This document shows, piece after piece, positions 14,433 to 27,226 of a stretch of DNA of 64,000 nucleotides (its first letter is position 1; each line of letters starts with the position of its first letter). Under the pieces are notes generated by a model. That model ran no database searches and was not told the origin of the DNA. It worked only from the letters and a program-made list of their open reading frames with translations. This DNA comes from Patellaria atrata CBS 101060. Its lineage: Eukaryota. The stretch lies in NCBI GenBank assembly GCA_010093705.1, contig MU006110.1:142377-206376 (forward strand). Direction: 5' to 3'. The translations under genes were made by a program, and so were the position numbers.

Positions 14433-15125
14433 TCATCGTTGCCCATACTCTTTTGGAGCAATGAGTTTTTGAGGACCGAAATGCATTCGAAACGCCTTGT
14501 CTAAATCGAATGTTAGTATTAGATGGAATATCTATCATTCAAAGGCGAGTATGTCTCACCTTGAGACTTGACTTTGTACAGAAAGTCCACTATGACCTCA
14601 TTTTCATTTACTGCCAACGCGTTGAAGTTCTTTCTAACTGCTAAAGCGAGTTGCTCCTTCCTTACACGCCTTTGAGCTCTTTTACGGGCCATTGTAGGAG
14701 AAAGGGGGCCAATTCCATGACTTAATTGTATGTGACTGAGTGGACCTTTGAAAGATGAAGGGGTATCGAGACCGTAGGCGGAGCGGTAGCTTTGGAGCAG
14801 TTGAGGGTCTTCAGAGGCCCAAGGGATCTGTGTGTAGAAGTTAGTTAGAACAAATAACATGAAATGAAACCTTGTTCACATTGTGGAATGGAATACTAAC
14901 TCTTCCTGTACCATTCTGCAACGAGGAATTGCTGTCGCCATTGGCCATGGTGGCAGCCTCTTCAGTAGTCATGACTTCCTTCAGAGAACTTCCATTCTGA
15001 ACGCCATTATGACCATTTCTGCGACCTCTAGCAGCTAGTAGATGAGCTGCACCGGACTTTTCCTTTAGAAAAGGTGGTTCGGGTTTTGAATCGTCCTGTT
15101 GCACGCGTATCTTCGCAGGAGGCAT
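14433..15125 (-). CDS. SAP30: Sin3/HDAC complex subunit with SAP30 Sin3-binding domain
   Basis: LLQSYRSAYGL...KEQLALAVRKNFNALAVNENEVIVDFLYKVKSQ-DKAFRMHF. Two introns. Confidence 0.8.
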
Positions 15126-16139
15126 GGTGTAAGGAGAGTGAATAAAATTAGGACATTAAAGGGTATCTCAAGCAGGAATAAAACGATAGTTCAAGATCAC
15201 AGTATGACACCGAGTATTGTCTATGAATTATGGATGTAAGTGTGCAAAGCATTGCTGACAATCCGAAGAAGTACTTATGGAGCTCCTGAGAACTGTACTG
15301 TACACGGTTCGGGATGTTGCAATTGGCGGCACTTTTCTTCGCGGCTGGACCCTGAATGAGCAATGACATCGTAGGGGAAAGGGAAAGGGAGATCTCGGGG
15401 AATCTTGTCATCCGATGTCACTTTAGTAAGTGCAGTAATAACCGATAAGGGGTAGTCATACCATAGGGCACGTGCGAGTGCTGGAGTACGAAAAATTTGA
15501 GAACTCCAATCTCCCAACACATCTAGAACTACATCTTCCATCTATTCCAATGTTCTGAGATAATCGCTACCTCTATCCTACTCCAAGGGCTCTGGTTCTA
15601 TCTTTTATAGGGTCCGCTATCACATTCACTGGTGTTGTACTCTTTCTCCCCCTTATTTCGGTTGTACTACGTGTACTGTACAGGATCAGATATTGAGATT
15701 ATTAGGACTCTATCCTACTTGACCACCTTACAGATTCCCCGTCATTTAAGCGGTACCTACTATACTATGTATCCTGTTAGCCGTAGACATAGGGCGTTTA
15801 TGTCCTGCTACACCACCAATAAGCCATTATACGAATGGAATGTCCGCGGATTCAGATAACTTTTTCCTAGGGAGATATGGCAAAAGGATAGTCTTACTGA
15901 TATGCATCTAATATTCTATAGAGTTGGTAACTATGAATAGGCTAACCCGGACACGACTTGGTTGCTGAAGGTGCTTCAACGACCGGTAACTATCAACAGT
16001 GCGTACGCTTTTCCAGGATAGAATTCTTTTGGTACAAACTATGGATTGCATGAAAGAATACCCATCCAATTAGGAAACCTTAATATCCCATTCTAATTGG
16101 GTTCCTTACTTAATTACTTCCACTTCATTTCCTCAGTAT

Positions 16140-16440
16140 ACTCCCAAAATACATACAAATTCTCGTCAGTTCCAGACCTTCTCCAAGTATCATTCATGAG
16201 AGGCGCGGAGCCAATTGAGGTAACTGCAGATCCCGATCAGGATCTAGGGCTAAGTGTTCTATTCATGGATGTAGAGTATGACCTACTCGTTCGTATTCCA
16301 AAGAAATCCTGTATCGACCCATCAGAAGCTCGGATTTGCGAACCACTGATTCAGCGTTCTCCTTATATTCTGTTGCTCCCTTTCGAAGTTCAACTTCTAG
16401 TCTACCACAAGGATGAAAGATTGGATAATGTCTATCTGGT
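16140..16440 (-). pseudogene. Possible stop-riddled gene relic
   Basis: One minus-strand frame reads protein-like (KLNFEREQQNIRRTLNQWFANPSF*WVDTGFLWNTNE*VILYIHE*EHLALDPDRDLQLPQ), with stops explainable as C->T changes in CAR/CGA codons. Confidence 0.3.
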
Positions 16441-17151
16441 GAAACCGAAGATATATTAGATTGTATGTTCTAGTTGGTTACTATATGCATCGTCCGCTCA
16501 ACACTCTCCAACACTCTCCTGTTTAAAGAAGCATCCCATCTACTGCGACAATAGATATTTCTCAAATTCGGGATCATATGACGGTCCATTGCGGCAATTT
16601 TCCTTCAGTGGAAACTTTTGTTTACTGACTCCCTTGGCATATTGGTTTGTAATTGTGGAGGATTAGACTGGTGCAGCAAGACAGTCGCTCGTACGGTTGA
16701 TGACTTTCGTAGTCCTTCTATAGACTATTTATCTTACATTATTTTCCCTGCGACGTTCCTTTTTTAATACCTCAATCTCGTTGTAGGAGAATATCTTCGT
16801 GTTAAGATTCTGACTATTTGAAATTCCAACCCCCCTCGTTCATTACGCAGTTGAGTGACCCGCTACAAGTGCATTCGTCGGAACGGCTCAGGTGATCAAA
16901 CAGAGATTTGAGGTGGGTAATATTTCGTTTGTAGATTTTATTTTTGTCTGGTTCCATTGAACCTTATTATTATCTTTCGGTTTGCACTTAGGTGCCGTTG
17001 GCTGCTTAAAAGCTCTTCAACCCCCAAGCCGCTCTGAGCTTCTTACATCCACAAATTGTCTCACCATCACATCTTTGCATCCACAGCTTCAACTGAAGCA
17101 AAGAGCTGCCTTAAGCAACTCTTACACTCATCCAAGAGGCAGTCCCAAGCC

Positions 17152-18759
17152 ATGAGCAGTAACAACGGCATGCCCACTCGCAGCGTGCCACTTGACCCAA
17201 ATGCCGGCACCTTTAAACCACCTCAAACTCCTCAAACACCCCCCCCCGACAGACATACCCAGGTAGCTACACAGACCAATACTACAGATGTTGGTAATCT
17301 TAAAGGTTATGTCACCAAGGAGTTGTTCGAGCGCATGACGGCAAGCATGACCAATATCCTAGATATCTACGGCAAGGACATCACCACCTTAAACACGCGT
17401 CTTGGAAATCTAGAAGAAGGATCTTGGACCGTCAAGGTTGGGCCATTTAAGAAGGCTGATTCTGACGTCACACCTGAGCTTCTCTCAACTACCGTCGCCC
17501 TTGACTCTTTGAATATCAAACCCGATATTGACGAATTCGAAGTCATCGATTCAGCTGTTCCAGATATGGATAGAGTCACTAGTAATCACAGAGATGAGGG
17601 TATCAGCAATGGAGTATCTGAAGATAAGGCGAATCGGTATGTTGCAACCTATTTTTATATGCTTATAACGCTCACAATGACTAGTCTTGGACTTCCCCAT
17701 GTTAAGCATCAACAAGATGCGATGCACGCTGCTACGGGTAGTGATGCCAAACCTGATGCCCCTCCAGTTGTCAACCCATCCAAAGAGGCCACTACTTCTA
17801 TTTGGCAGCCCCGTTTCATCCAGCAACTTGACCCTCTTAACGAGTCAATCCTCGCTGAAATTCCCCCTCAGAAAGAAACCCGCGGGTTCACCCTCGAATT
17901 TCTCATCGACCTCTTTACCGGTATCTGCTGGTCACCAGGCGTGTATTATGCGCCAACCAAGTACGGCGAAGTACTCTTACCTGGTCGTTGCTTCTGGGTC
18001 CTTGATGCAACCTACGAGCCCTACCTTCCCCAGAAACCTGGCCAACACGGTGCCAAATTGACTCCCTTCTTCAACGACAAGCTCGACGACGCCAACAGAG
18101 GTCCTGACTACGACAATGTTCCGGTTTTCATCACTGCATCTAAGTACTATCCCAATAGTGAGAACCGTCGCAAGCCTAAAGAGTATGTTTACTTCGGTCA
18201 ATACTCGCAAACTCGCTGGTCTGATAAGCTTGACTATGACCGCCAATGTGAATTGGTTCCGAACAATGTCAAGGAGTACTGGGCTCAGAAGTTGTCTGAG
18301 GTTGGCCGTCCCGCATGGGTCACTGAGCAAATGATGAAGTTCTTCTGGCCACCACCAGTGTATAATGGTGAAATGCCTAAACTTGGTGTCCCTACCGGTA
18401 GTGCGCACAATGATGAGACGGAACGCGAAGAGCAGAAATGGGTAGAAGACATGAAGAAGCACTTGGAGAAGCTTCGGGCCTGGGAGAAGGATGCCACGGT
18501 CAAAGTTACCCTTCTGAAGAAGGAAAACATCATGGACGCATTTGAGGCGGTAAGTACTACTGCGATTGTGTTGCTTTAGCTCGTCTTGCTTTTAAATGCG
18601 GAAACTAATATTCTAAAGGCTGATTGCGCTTACCCTCCCGGTCTCCGTATGTGGTGGGAGTACTTTGAATGTGTCGGCTATGATAGAGGTTTCAATAATA
18701 TGCTTATCCGCCATAAAGAAGACCTCGATGAGAAGAAAGCAGCACAACGTCGCTTTTAG
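17152..18759 (+). CDS. Fungal hypothetical protein, DUF6697-like C-terminal domain
   Basis: Long ORF with PYLPQKPGQHGAKL, YVYFGQYSQTRWSDKLD and last exon GLRMWWEYFECVGYD. Probable introns at about 17636-17685 and 18551-18618. Confidence 0.7.
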
Positions 18760-19908
18760 GCATATTCTTCAATAGGCTCATCAGATCCTTCAACTTGGTG
18801 ATATCATAGCGATATGTCATCAGCACATCCTTTCCGTTCCATTTCTTCTACTAGTAACCTCCATGGTCTGATGGTCTTGGAGATACTTTCTTGGTGGATA
18901 TGGTTCAGAGTGAGATACATTTGGCGACTCTCCGTCCAATGGCGTTTCTCACATTCATCACATTGAGTTTCACACATCCCTGATTTTACGAAATCAATTT
19001 TCCCCCCTTCCCCTTTTTCAGTAGTTGGGCTTATACCTTAATACTCCTTCTCATTTTCATTTTCCGTGTCAGTTCGGGCGATGGTTGCTTTGCACTTTCA
19101 CTCTTACTGTTTGCGGTCTTACACCAGATTGAGAACGTTCATGAGAGAACGAGCGATAACAGGGCGAAATAGGAGCGTTGGGAGTAGATAGAACTTATGA
19201 GGCAATTTCAGATAGCAATCGATGCCTTTAACCAATCTTTCATTATCGACTTTGATGATTTCCTCTTAAGTGGTCACGTTCATCATCACGATGGGAGAAA
19301 ATATATTAAGTGAGCAATCCTTTGACTTTGTCTGCTCAGATTGATGATAAATATTGAATAAATTTGAAGTTGCGCCGTTGAGTCTACAAAAAGCGTATGG
19401 TCGTTGAGGTAAGTGAACCATACTGTAGGTTGTAAGAGACTGGTAGTAAAGCTCTAAGTCACCGTAGTGCTCAACTCCTAAGATTTACGTCTTAGTGTAT
19501 AAAGAAAGATGTGTACCAGTCAAAATTCGATGATATACACTACACTATGAAAACCATGCCTTGAATCTGTAAGCCCATTTCAACATATGGAACCTCTTTG
19601 CTCCACTAGGTATCACTAACTCCTAAAGCGCCGAAGACTCTTTTCGGGTCCAGTTTGACTCTCCTCAGAATACATTAGTTTCACTCCTCCTTTGCTTGAA
19701 GATATCCAATCTCCCGTTGCACCCACTACAACTGACACTGTAATAGTCGGGCATTTACTGCGTTGAAAGCTCTATCAACCAATGTAATGCTGCCGTGACA
19801 GCGCTACGGAGAGACAATATATCGTCTCTCTTCTGCGAATACGAATCTTCGTTGGCGCAAAAGCCCTTCACCGTATAGGGAGCTAGGGGGTCGAACGAAA
19901 GCCTTCAA

Positions 19909-20688
19909 TCACCACCACCTAACTCCAAACATCTTTCCCCCCTCCTTTCGCGCCACCGGCCCCTCTTCCTTCTCCAAATACACCGTCTGATGTTCCGGTA
20001 CTTCAAGCGCGAGATATCGATACCGATACTCTTTCTCCTCCTTCCTCTTTACCAAATGTATTCGCACCGTCCCCTTATTCAGGGGCCCCGTCACATAGAA
20101 GCGGATATTCAAATGCTCGAGCCCTGTTTTGTCAACTTCATGTTTAGAAGCGATGGTACGGTTGCGAGCCCAGCGCGACCAAGAGGGTTCACCGTGGAAT
20201 TCGAGCTGGTTTGAGGGGCCGAGGAGGGATGTGCAGGCGGGGGAGGACTTGATGCGGGTGATGGCGCGGGAGAAGTGGTTGGTTACGGATTCCGGGGCGA
20301 ACACTTCGCGATATAATACATAGCCCACCGCACCCTAGAACATATAGATAGATATTAGCATTCTGGTTCTCCAGTCGTCAATAATTGTGGAGAGAGGAAG
20401 AGGGTAATAGCCCCATACCGTTGCTGCCATCCCAGCTATTATCACAAGAAAGTTGACCGATTGCTGTGTTGTCCGCGCCGCTTTCTCGCGTCTGCTGAGT
20501 TCTCCCCATTGAACACGGCCGTCATCGTTTGCGATTGTGACCTGCCTTCGAGAGGAAGCGCTGCCCGAGGTAGAAGCATAGCTTCGAGGGAGGGGTATGA
20601 AGGCAGGTTTGGAAGCGATGGGTTGAAGAGAGGCTCGTGAGGGGGTAGAGTAGGGGAAAATGAAGCTTCTACACGCAATTTTCGACAT
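19909..20688 (-). CDS. TIM21: Mitochondrial inner-membrane translocase subunit Tim21
   Basis: Presequence, then WGELSRREKAARTTQQSVNFLVII TM segment; GEPSWSRWARNR; FYVTGPLNKGTV; ends MFGVRWW. One intron at about 20336-20418. Confidence 0.88.
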
Positions 20689-20935
20689 TTTGAGCGAACT
20701 AATGGGTGAATATATGGAGAATTGAAGCTCATAAAGCTCGTAAGCTCTGATACGTAGTCGCATGTGAGGCGGAACAATCCCGGCCGCGGACTCCAGTTTC
20801 AATCACCAAGGAACAACGCAACCAGGAGTCAACCACAATCACCAACACACAAATTTTCCCAAGGATCGGTGTCCACAATCCAAAGCCGAAATTGAACTTA
20901 TCATACCATCGATTTACTATTATCTACCATATATA

Positions 20936-22430
20936 ATGGGTGATACAGGGAAGAGAAAAGGGTTGAATTTCATACAAGACCTTATCATCGTTGCTGCCGC
21001 CGTAAGTACCCACAACATCAACGCGTCCCATCTATGTTAGGACAGCACATGATGTACAGGGCTAACAGTATAATCTCTATAGCCATTTCTAGCATACTTT
21101 CTCGCCCGCTCTATCCTCGCCAAATTCGACCCGGAAGCTTCACAAAAAGAAGAAGCCCTTCAAAAAGCAAAAGCAGCCTCCCGCAAACTTGATGGCATTC
21201 TCGCCAATAAATCCAGCGCCGACGATTCCGACGAGGAATATGATAGACGGCGTCGAAGACCGCGGAAAGAGGATCTAGTGTTGACCCCGTATGAACAGAC
21301 GATAGCGATGGAGGTGGTGGCACCGGAAGAGATTCCTGTGACGTTCGAGGATATAGGGGGGTTGGATGATATTATCGAAGAGTTGAAAGAGAGCGTGATA
21401 TATCCACTTACGATGCCGCATCTGTATGCGCATTCGAGTAGTCTGTTGAGTGCACCGAGTGGGGTGTTGCTTTATGGACCCCCTGGATGTGGCAAGACGA
21501 TGTTGGCGAAGGCTCTGGCGCATGAGTCCGGAGCGTGTTTTATCAATTTGCACATCTCCACATTGACGGAGAAATGGTATGGTGACTCGAATAAGTTGGT
21601 CAGTGCGGTGTTTTCGCTGGCTAGGAAACTCCAACCCACTATCGTCTTTATTGATGAGATTGACGCGGTATTGGGGCAGAGAAGGAGCGGCGAGCATGAG
21701 GCTAGTGGAATGGTGAAAGCAGAGTATGTTCTCTCCTGAGCCCCTTTTCGATTATTGAGCACTTGATACTCCGAAAGCATTCCAGCCTGTGGGAGCACTC
21801 AAGATCGTTGAAGCACGTCAGTCCTTCAGAATACTAAGTAACTTGAGAATGGCCGATTTGTATATACAATGCTAATTGAGTATTACCTCCAGATTCATGA
21901 CCCACTGGGACGGCTTAGCATCCGCCAACACAACGGGCGAACCTCAACGGATCTGCATTCTAGGTGCAACGAACCGTATTCAGGACATTGATGAAGCTAT
22001 CCTCCGCCGTATGCCGAAGAAATTCCCTGTATCGTTACCATCATCATTCCAACGACGAAATATCTTCAAGCTCATTCTCCGCGATACTAAAGTCGACACC
22101 GCAAACTTTGATCTCGACTATCTCGTCCGTGTCTCGGCAGGTATGAGCGGCAGTGACATCAAAGAAGCGTGTAGGGACGCAGCAATGGGTCCTGTAAGAG
22201 AATATATCAAATTTAAGAAGGCACGGGGCGAGCTGATGAGGGGCGTGGATCCTGATGATGTAAGAGGCATTCAGACAAGCGATTTTTTTAGCAGAAAAGG
22301 GGGCGCGTTGAACTTAAGGGAGTCTCTAGGGAGAGATGGTGAAGTTGATGAAAGACAGATACTAAATGATAGCGGAGACACATCTGATGAGGAAATCAGA
22401 GAGCCGCTCAGCGAGAATCGTAAGAGATGA
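20936..22430 (+). CDS. MSP1: Mitochondrial/peroxisomal outer-membrane AAA dislocase Msp1/ATAD1
   Basis: N-terminal TM segment; VTFEDIGGL; Walker [21 protein letters not shown]; Walker [34 protein letters not shown]. Introns at about 21002-21082 and 21724-21892. Confidence 0.93.
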
Positions 22431-22979
22431 GAGGGTAATTGCTGGTTGATTTCGCGGCGTTCACGCATTGAAAGCGAATGGGAACTGCTCAGAATACCCA
22501 GTGAGCATAATAGGTCTCGCACGGGACGAGTAGCTGAACGTATCCATTGTTCGGCAGTAGTGTTCGTGTTGTCTATACTGGCACCTCTTAGATCGGTCTG
22601 ATGACGGGCATGTCTACGAACTGCTCATCAACGTAGTAACGTACTGAGCTATCCCTACAACTCGGATGAACTAGGAACAAAGTCAACATGATCAAGGAAT
22701 CGTTCAGGACACGGCTACCGCACAGGTTCGATTCGGTAAGGAATTCTCTGCTTATAAGCAGGAACTTTTGAAATATTGGCGGAGAAGAACTCTACTCCAG
22801 CGTATCTACACTGTTATAGACATGTAAAAATCAAGACCTACTTTGTATGCACTATCCCATCTTTTAGGGACCTTTTCGAAGACATAGTCAACTAAATCCG
22901 GCAAGCAGGAAGATTCGATTCTACAAAAGAGGAGCTCTAGCTGACGAATCTAAGATAGGCAACAATCCAAAAACAATAT

Positions 22980-24850
22980 TCAAAATGCGTTCGTCCGACT
23001 ATAAGGAGATACTGGAGGGAAACGGCCGTATTGACTAGCAGGAGCTACAGACCACGAAGGGGACTTGGAACTGTATTTTGAATCCTGAAAATCTCCTGGG
23101 GACCGATCGGAGGGAGGACGTGGAAGCTCGCAGGTAACCGTACTTTTAACAAGAACCGTCTTCTGGTCATAATCTCTTCCATCTAGAGTCCCAACCTTTA
23201 TCAGTGTTGGGGAGATTATCAATGTAACAGGTGTACCCTCCTCGACAGATTGACCATCTTCTAATTCCATCACACTACTGGCAAAGTTCATGCCGAACCT
23301 CTTCCCTGCAGGGCTTGTATATGAATGTGTTAGGAGGGAAGCTTTCTGCTTCTTCATTTCCCCGTCCAGTTCGATTGCAATTCGAAGAATTTCTTTCAGT
23401 TCTTCAAGAACCTTGTATTCTGGACTTGACGTGAAGTGCTTCGTTGCTTCAAATATCTTCCACGCGACTTTGTTGACCTTTGGCTCGAATTTACTCTTAG
23501 GTGTTTTCTTTATGATGAGATCTGTAGTCAATGACCTCCATAGGTGGTAATCCCGATGCTCCGTGGGAGTTAAGGGACGTTCTTCTGTAAGACATCAAAG
23601 ACCATTCATCTCATCCCGTCTACCAAAGTTAACTTACTACTTCTGACATACTTCATCATATCACGCAGTTGTTCTTGCATATCCCCCGACCAGTACACCC
23701 CACCTTCATCAAACTCCGTCCCAAATACAAAAGAACGGAGCCTTTCCCAGACCAAAGATTGCACCAACATCGGTCTGAAATTGTTAGAACGCACGAAATT
23801 CTCAGGCGATTCTACGAGTCTCTTCCATGTTTGACCCTTGGAAGCCCACTGTCCTCTCAAGCGCGATGATTGGGGCTCACTGAAATGTTGAACTCCCCAG
23901 TTTCTGATCATGTAAATGAGCCCTTTCCACTCTGAGATGAAATGCTTGTCATCTAACTTGAAATGAGCCATCGCTTGCATCTTTTGCAAATCACTTGCCG
24001 CTTGCCTCCATTGCTTTTGCATCTTTTCTTTATTTTGTTTCATGACCTCCAAATCCTCATGTAATCTAGATATGTCGTGTTCTTGTTTGGCTAGTAAGTC
24101 GTTGTAATAGGATTCTAAACTACCAGATCGGCATCCGTTCCCAGAGTCTGGGTTGTTAATTTCCGATGACCCTTCGTAAGTATAGCCCTCCTCTCTCCCG
24201 TCCGAGGGATTTGACTTTGAAAGGTCCCCGAATGCCATATCCAATCTTTGTGGTATTGATACTGACAGAGAACTTTCAGGAGACATTGCGTTGAAATTTT
24301 GACTCATATCCGACTTCTCCGAGTTGACATCTGTTGGCAGGGCCTCAGGGCTGCTCAGTCCTGAAGTTGAGCGACTCATTTCCATTGAACTGCGATGAGG
24401 AGGTTCTGAACGTAGATTAAGCATTGATATCGGCGGTCCCTGCTTCATATGTCCCCCTAATTCTAGAGAGGATGATTCTTGAAGCTTTGGTCTGTCCAGA
24501 TCATCGGATGGTTCAATGTAGCCTTCTGGTCGCATTTTATCTTGGATGTTCGGGTCTAATGGAACTTTTGTAGGGAGTAAGTTCTCTTTCGGGTTATGTG
24601 GCAGAGAAGGCAATTCTCCTATCTTCATCTTCTTCGACTTGTCGTCTTCCTCATGCTTGTCTCCATTGTTCTCTATTTCAATTGGATTAGATGATGGACT
24701 TTCAGACACCGAAGAAGCCCGAGTTCAAATCAAGAACGTACCTGTGTTTTGAAAAGACTTTTTACGACGTAACTTACCGACGAAGCGGCCAATAGTCCGA
24801 GTCTCTACATCTATCGCGGGACTTTTTACACTATTTTGACGTTGAGCCAT
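22980..24850 (-). CDS. Hypothetical coiled-coil protein with GrpE-like/Mieap-like C-terminal beta region
   Basis: Three exons (introns at about 24675-24741 and 23585-23638). Disordered N-terminus, heptad region (LLAKQEHDISRLHEDLEVMKQNKEKMQKQWRQAASDLQK), helical core, and C-terminal GMNFASSVME...VTLIISPTLIKVG...KTVLVKSTVTC. Confidence 0.8.
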
Positions 24851-25109
24851 ATTGTAGATGGGATAGTTGTCGGAGAAGAGAGGGGAATAGCCTTGCTGAA
24901 GATGAGACACACACTCTTGTACGTAGGACATTACACGAAGATCCTGAAAGGCGAGGCTGCAGCCACATGCATGCATCTATGCATCTCGAATTATCTCAAG
25001 GTTTTTGAGTGCATTTAGCCAAGGTTCTCACCCTACATTTGGCAATCAATGGAATTATAGGATGGTCTGGTAGAACATTGACTAAGCTCTGGGCTGACAT
25101 TTACTCATG

Positions 25110-26149
25110 CTATATCGAAACCCCAAACAAGGGAAGTATGTTGAAGACCAAGCTGACACTCAATCCCAAGACTGCCGCAAACAATTGCAGTCCGTCTGTC
25201 TTTTTACTGCTTTTCCTGGCGTTGTCAATATTATCTTTCGTCTCCCTCCCAATCGCAGCTTTGAAACGATTCTGCTTTTGACTCTCTCGGGCCAGTTTAG
25301 ATTCAGCTTCACTTTTCTCTCTTTCACGCTTTCCTCTAACTACTACGTCTTGATTCCGCTCTGCCTCCGCGATGTACCGGTCTAGTGTAGCTATCTCATC
25401 TTCGGCTTCCATTATTCTTCCATAGATTGAGGGTGCTACTAGACGGCCAGCAGATGTATCTTCAAGTGTTTTACCGTAATCGTTGACTTCCCTCTGGATA
25501 CGAAGAACAATGTCCTTCTTCCCCGCAAGTCCTATAACAATGCCCTGGGCCATTGCAGAGCTACCATCGAAGTTGTATATTTGGCTTCCTCCCTTCTCCA
25601 TCATGCACCAAAACTCTTTCCGAAGCTCTTGATCCCGTTTTAACCCAATCGAAGGGTCTCTCAGTTGATCCCACATCGTCGTTACCAGTACGACATTTCC
25701 GAAAGCTTCTTCTCCGCATATCTTCTGAAACATTTGGAAATAACGTAGAGCACTTCCTTGCATTCTCATATCGGTTATGCGATGGAGATATATCAATCCT
25801 CTCAGAGGGATTCCCAGCTGATATTGTGCAACCAGGAACTGTGTTATTTCGTCGAGAATCTCCGCATCTGATCGCGTCGTATCATCAAATCCGGGCGTAT
25901 CGACAATTGCTATTGACATTTCATCCCCTATCTTCGCCTGAACTATGGCACAGTCCCTGGTTTCTGTTCCAAATAGTCAATCTAAATGATCTTAAGATGT
26001 TGAAGTCTTGAAAGATTACCTGAATATAGATCATCCCCCTCTACGACTGAATCCTGGACTAATCGATTAATGAAATAGCTCTTTCCAACACCCGTGACAC
26101 CCATCACCACTATCATCCCGCTCGGTTCATTACGTGTTTCGGAAACCAT
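25110..26149 (-). CDS. Tail-anchored TRAFAC P-loop GTPase (septin/GIMAP-AIG1-like) with coiled coil
   Basis: G1 VMGVTGVGKS in exon 26149-26020; intron at about 25965-26019; G3 IVDTPGFDDT; IYLHRITD; G4-like VTTMWD; coiled coil; hydrophobic C-terminal LFAAVLGLSVSLVFNILPLFGVSI. Confidence 0.88.
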
Positions 26150-27226
26150 GCTTTCATCAAGTCTGCTTCATCTTCATGAATTTTAATAATGAACTCTCTT
26201 TTGAATAATAAAATATACCTGCAAGGAGAGACAAGGCTCGGGGGCGGCTAGAACTCCTTCTGAAAACACACGCCAATATTGCAAAGTGGTTGGTGGTGGA
26301 ATCTCTGCATATGTGTGATGCCGTTTCCGGTGAAGAGATGTTTTAGTGGGTAGCTTATCCTCACTATTGGTCCTACAGATCCTTCAGCCTTACGTCTTAT
26401 CAGAACGACCATCCTATTGATCTCAACCGAGTACAGTATTGAAAATCCTACCCCGTACCTAATCCATGCGAGTCAGGTATAGTTCAGCTCCGAGCTTACA
26501 TGGTACAGGGAGCGTTCTAGGACACCTCCATGCTTGAATTCTTGGAACTATTGCTTCCCCTCATGAACAGAGTGGTTATGTTGAGCACTGCAGACTTGAT
26601 TAAACCGGTACAACGACAAGGCCCAGGCTAAGTCTTACACTGTTCATCAGTTGTCAGTAGTAGATTTACCATTTTGCCCGGGCATTTTCCACCAAGGGAT
26701 CCGCAAAATAATCAAACTATCAACGTGAGGATAGTCCTCGGATTCTCCGATAATACCTTTACACCCAACAGCTGTGGCAATGAAGAAGCAAGTATAACGC
26801 GCGCTACACAAGGCTGCGACTCTAGAACTCCTGCTGCCTGAGAGCCTTATTACCATTTGGTGGTCAATTTGCTGTTTTGGGACTTGCATGCGTGCGGAGT
26901 CTCTTTTTCTGGGAGCTACGAACTCTGGATAAGCCTATGTTACTGGAGACTTGTTCACCGGAATGCACTCCTTCAGCCGAAATCCCGCCTCGAGAGATTG
27001 GTGTGGGTTCACAAGCGTCAAGAAGAATTACCGTCTGGGTTCTATCCCGTCTTTAATCGAGAGATCGTAGTCCTGGCTATCCTGTCCATCCAGTAGGGCG
27101 GTTTCTGTGGATCCAAATGTCCTATGCTCAGTGTTAAGAGCCAACGGATCTCTCATTTCACTTTTCAGCTCTCATTCACACATTTCGGTATTTTTTACCA
27201 GTTCATTTCTGAATCACTCTCACACT

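Noticed and set aside
22720..22740. GGTTCGATTC, a tRNA T-loop/B-box-like motif
   Set aside because: No cloverleaf stems or A box could be formed around it.
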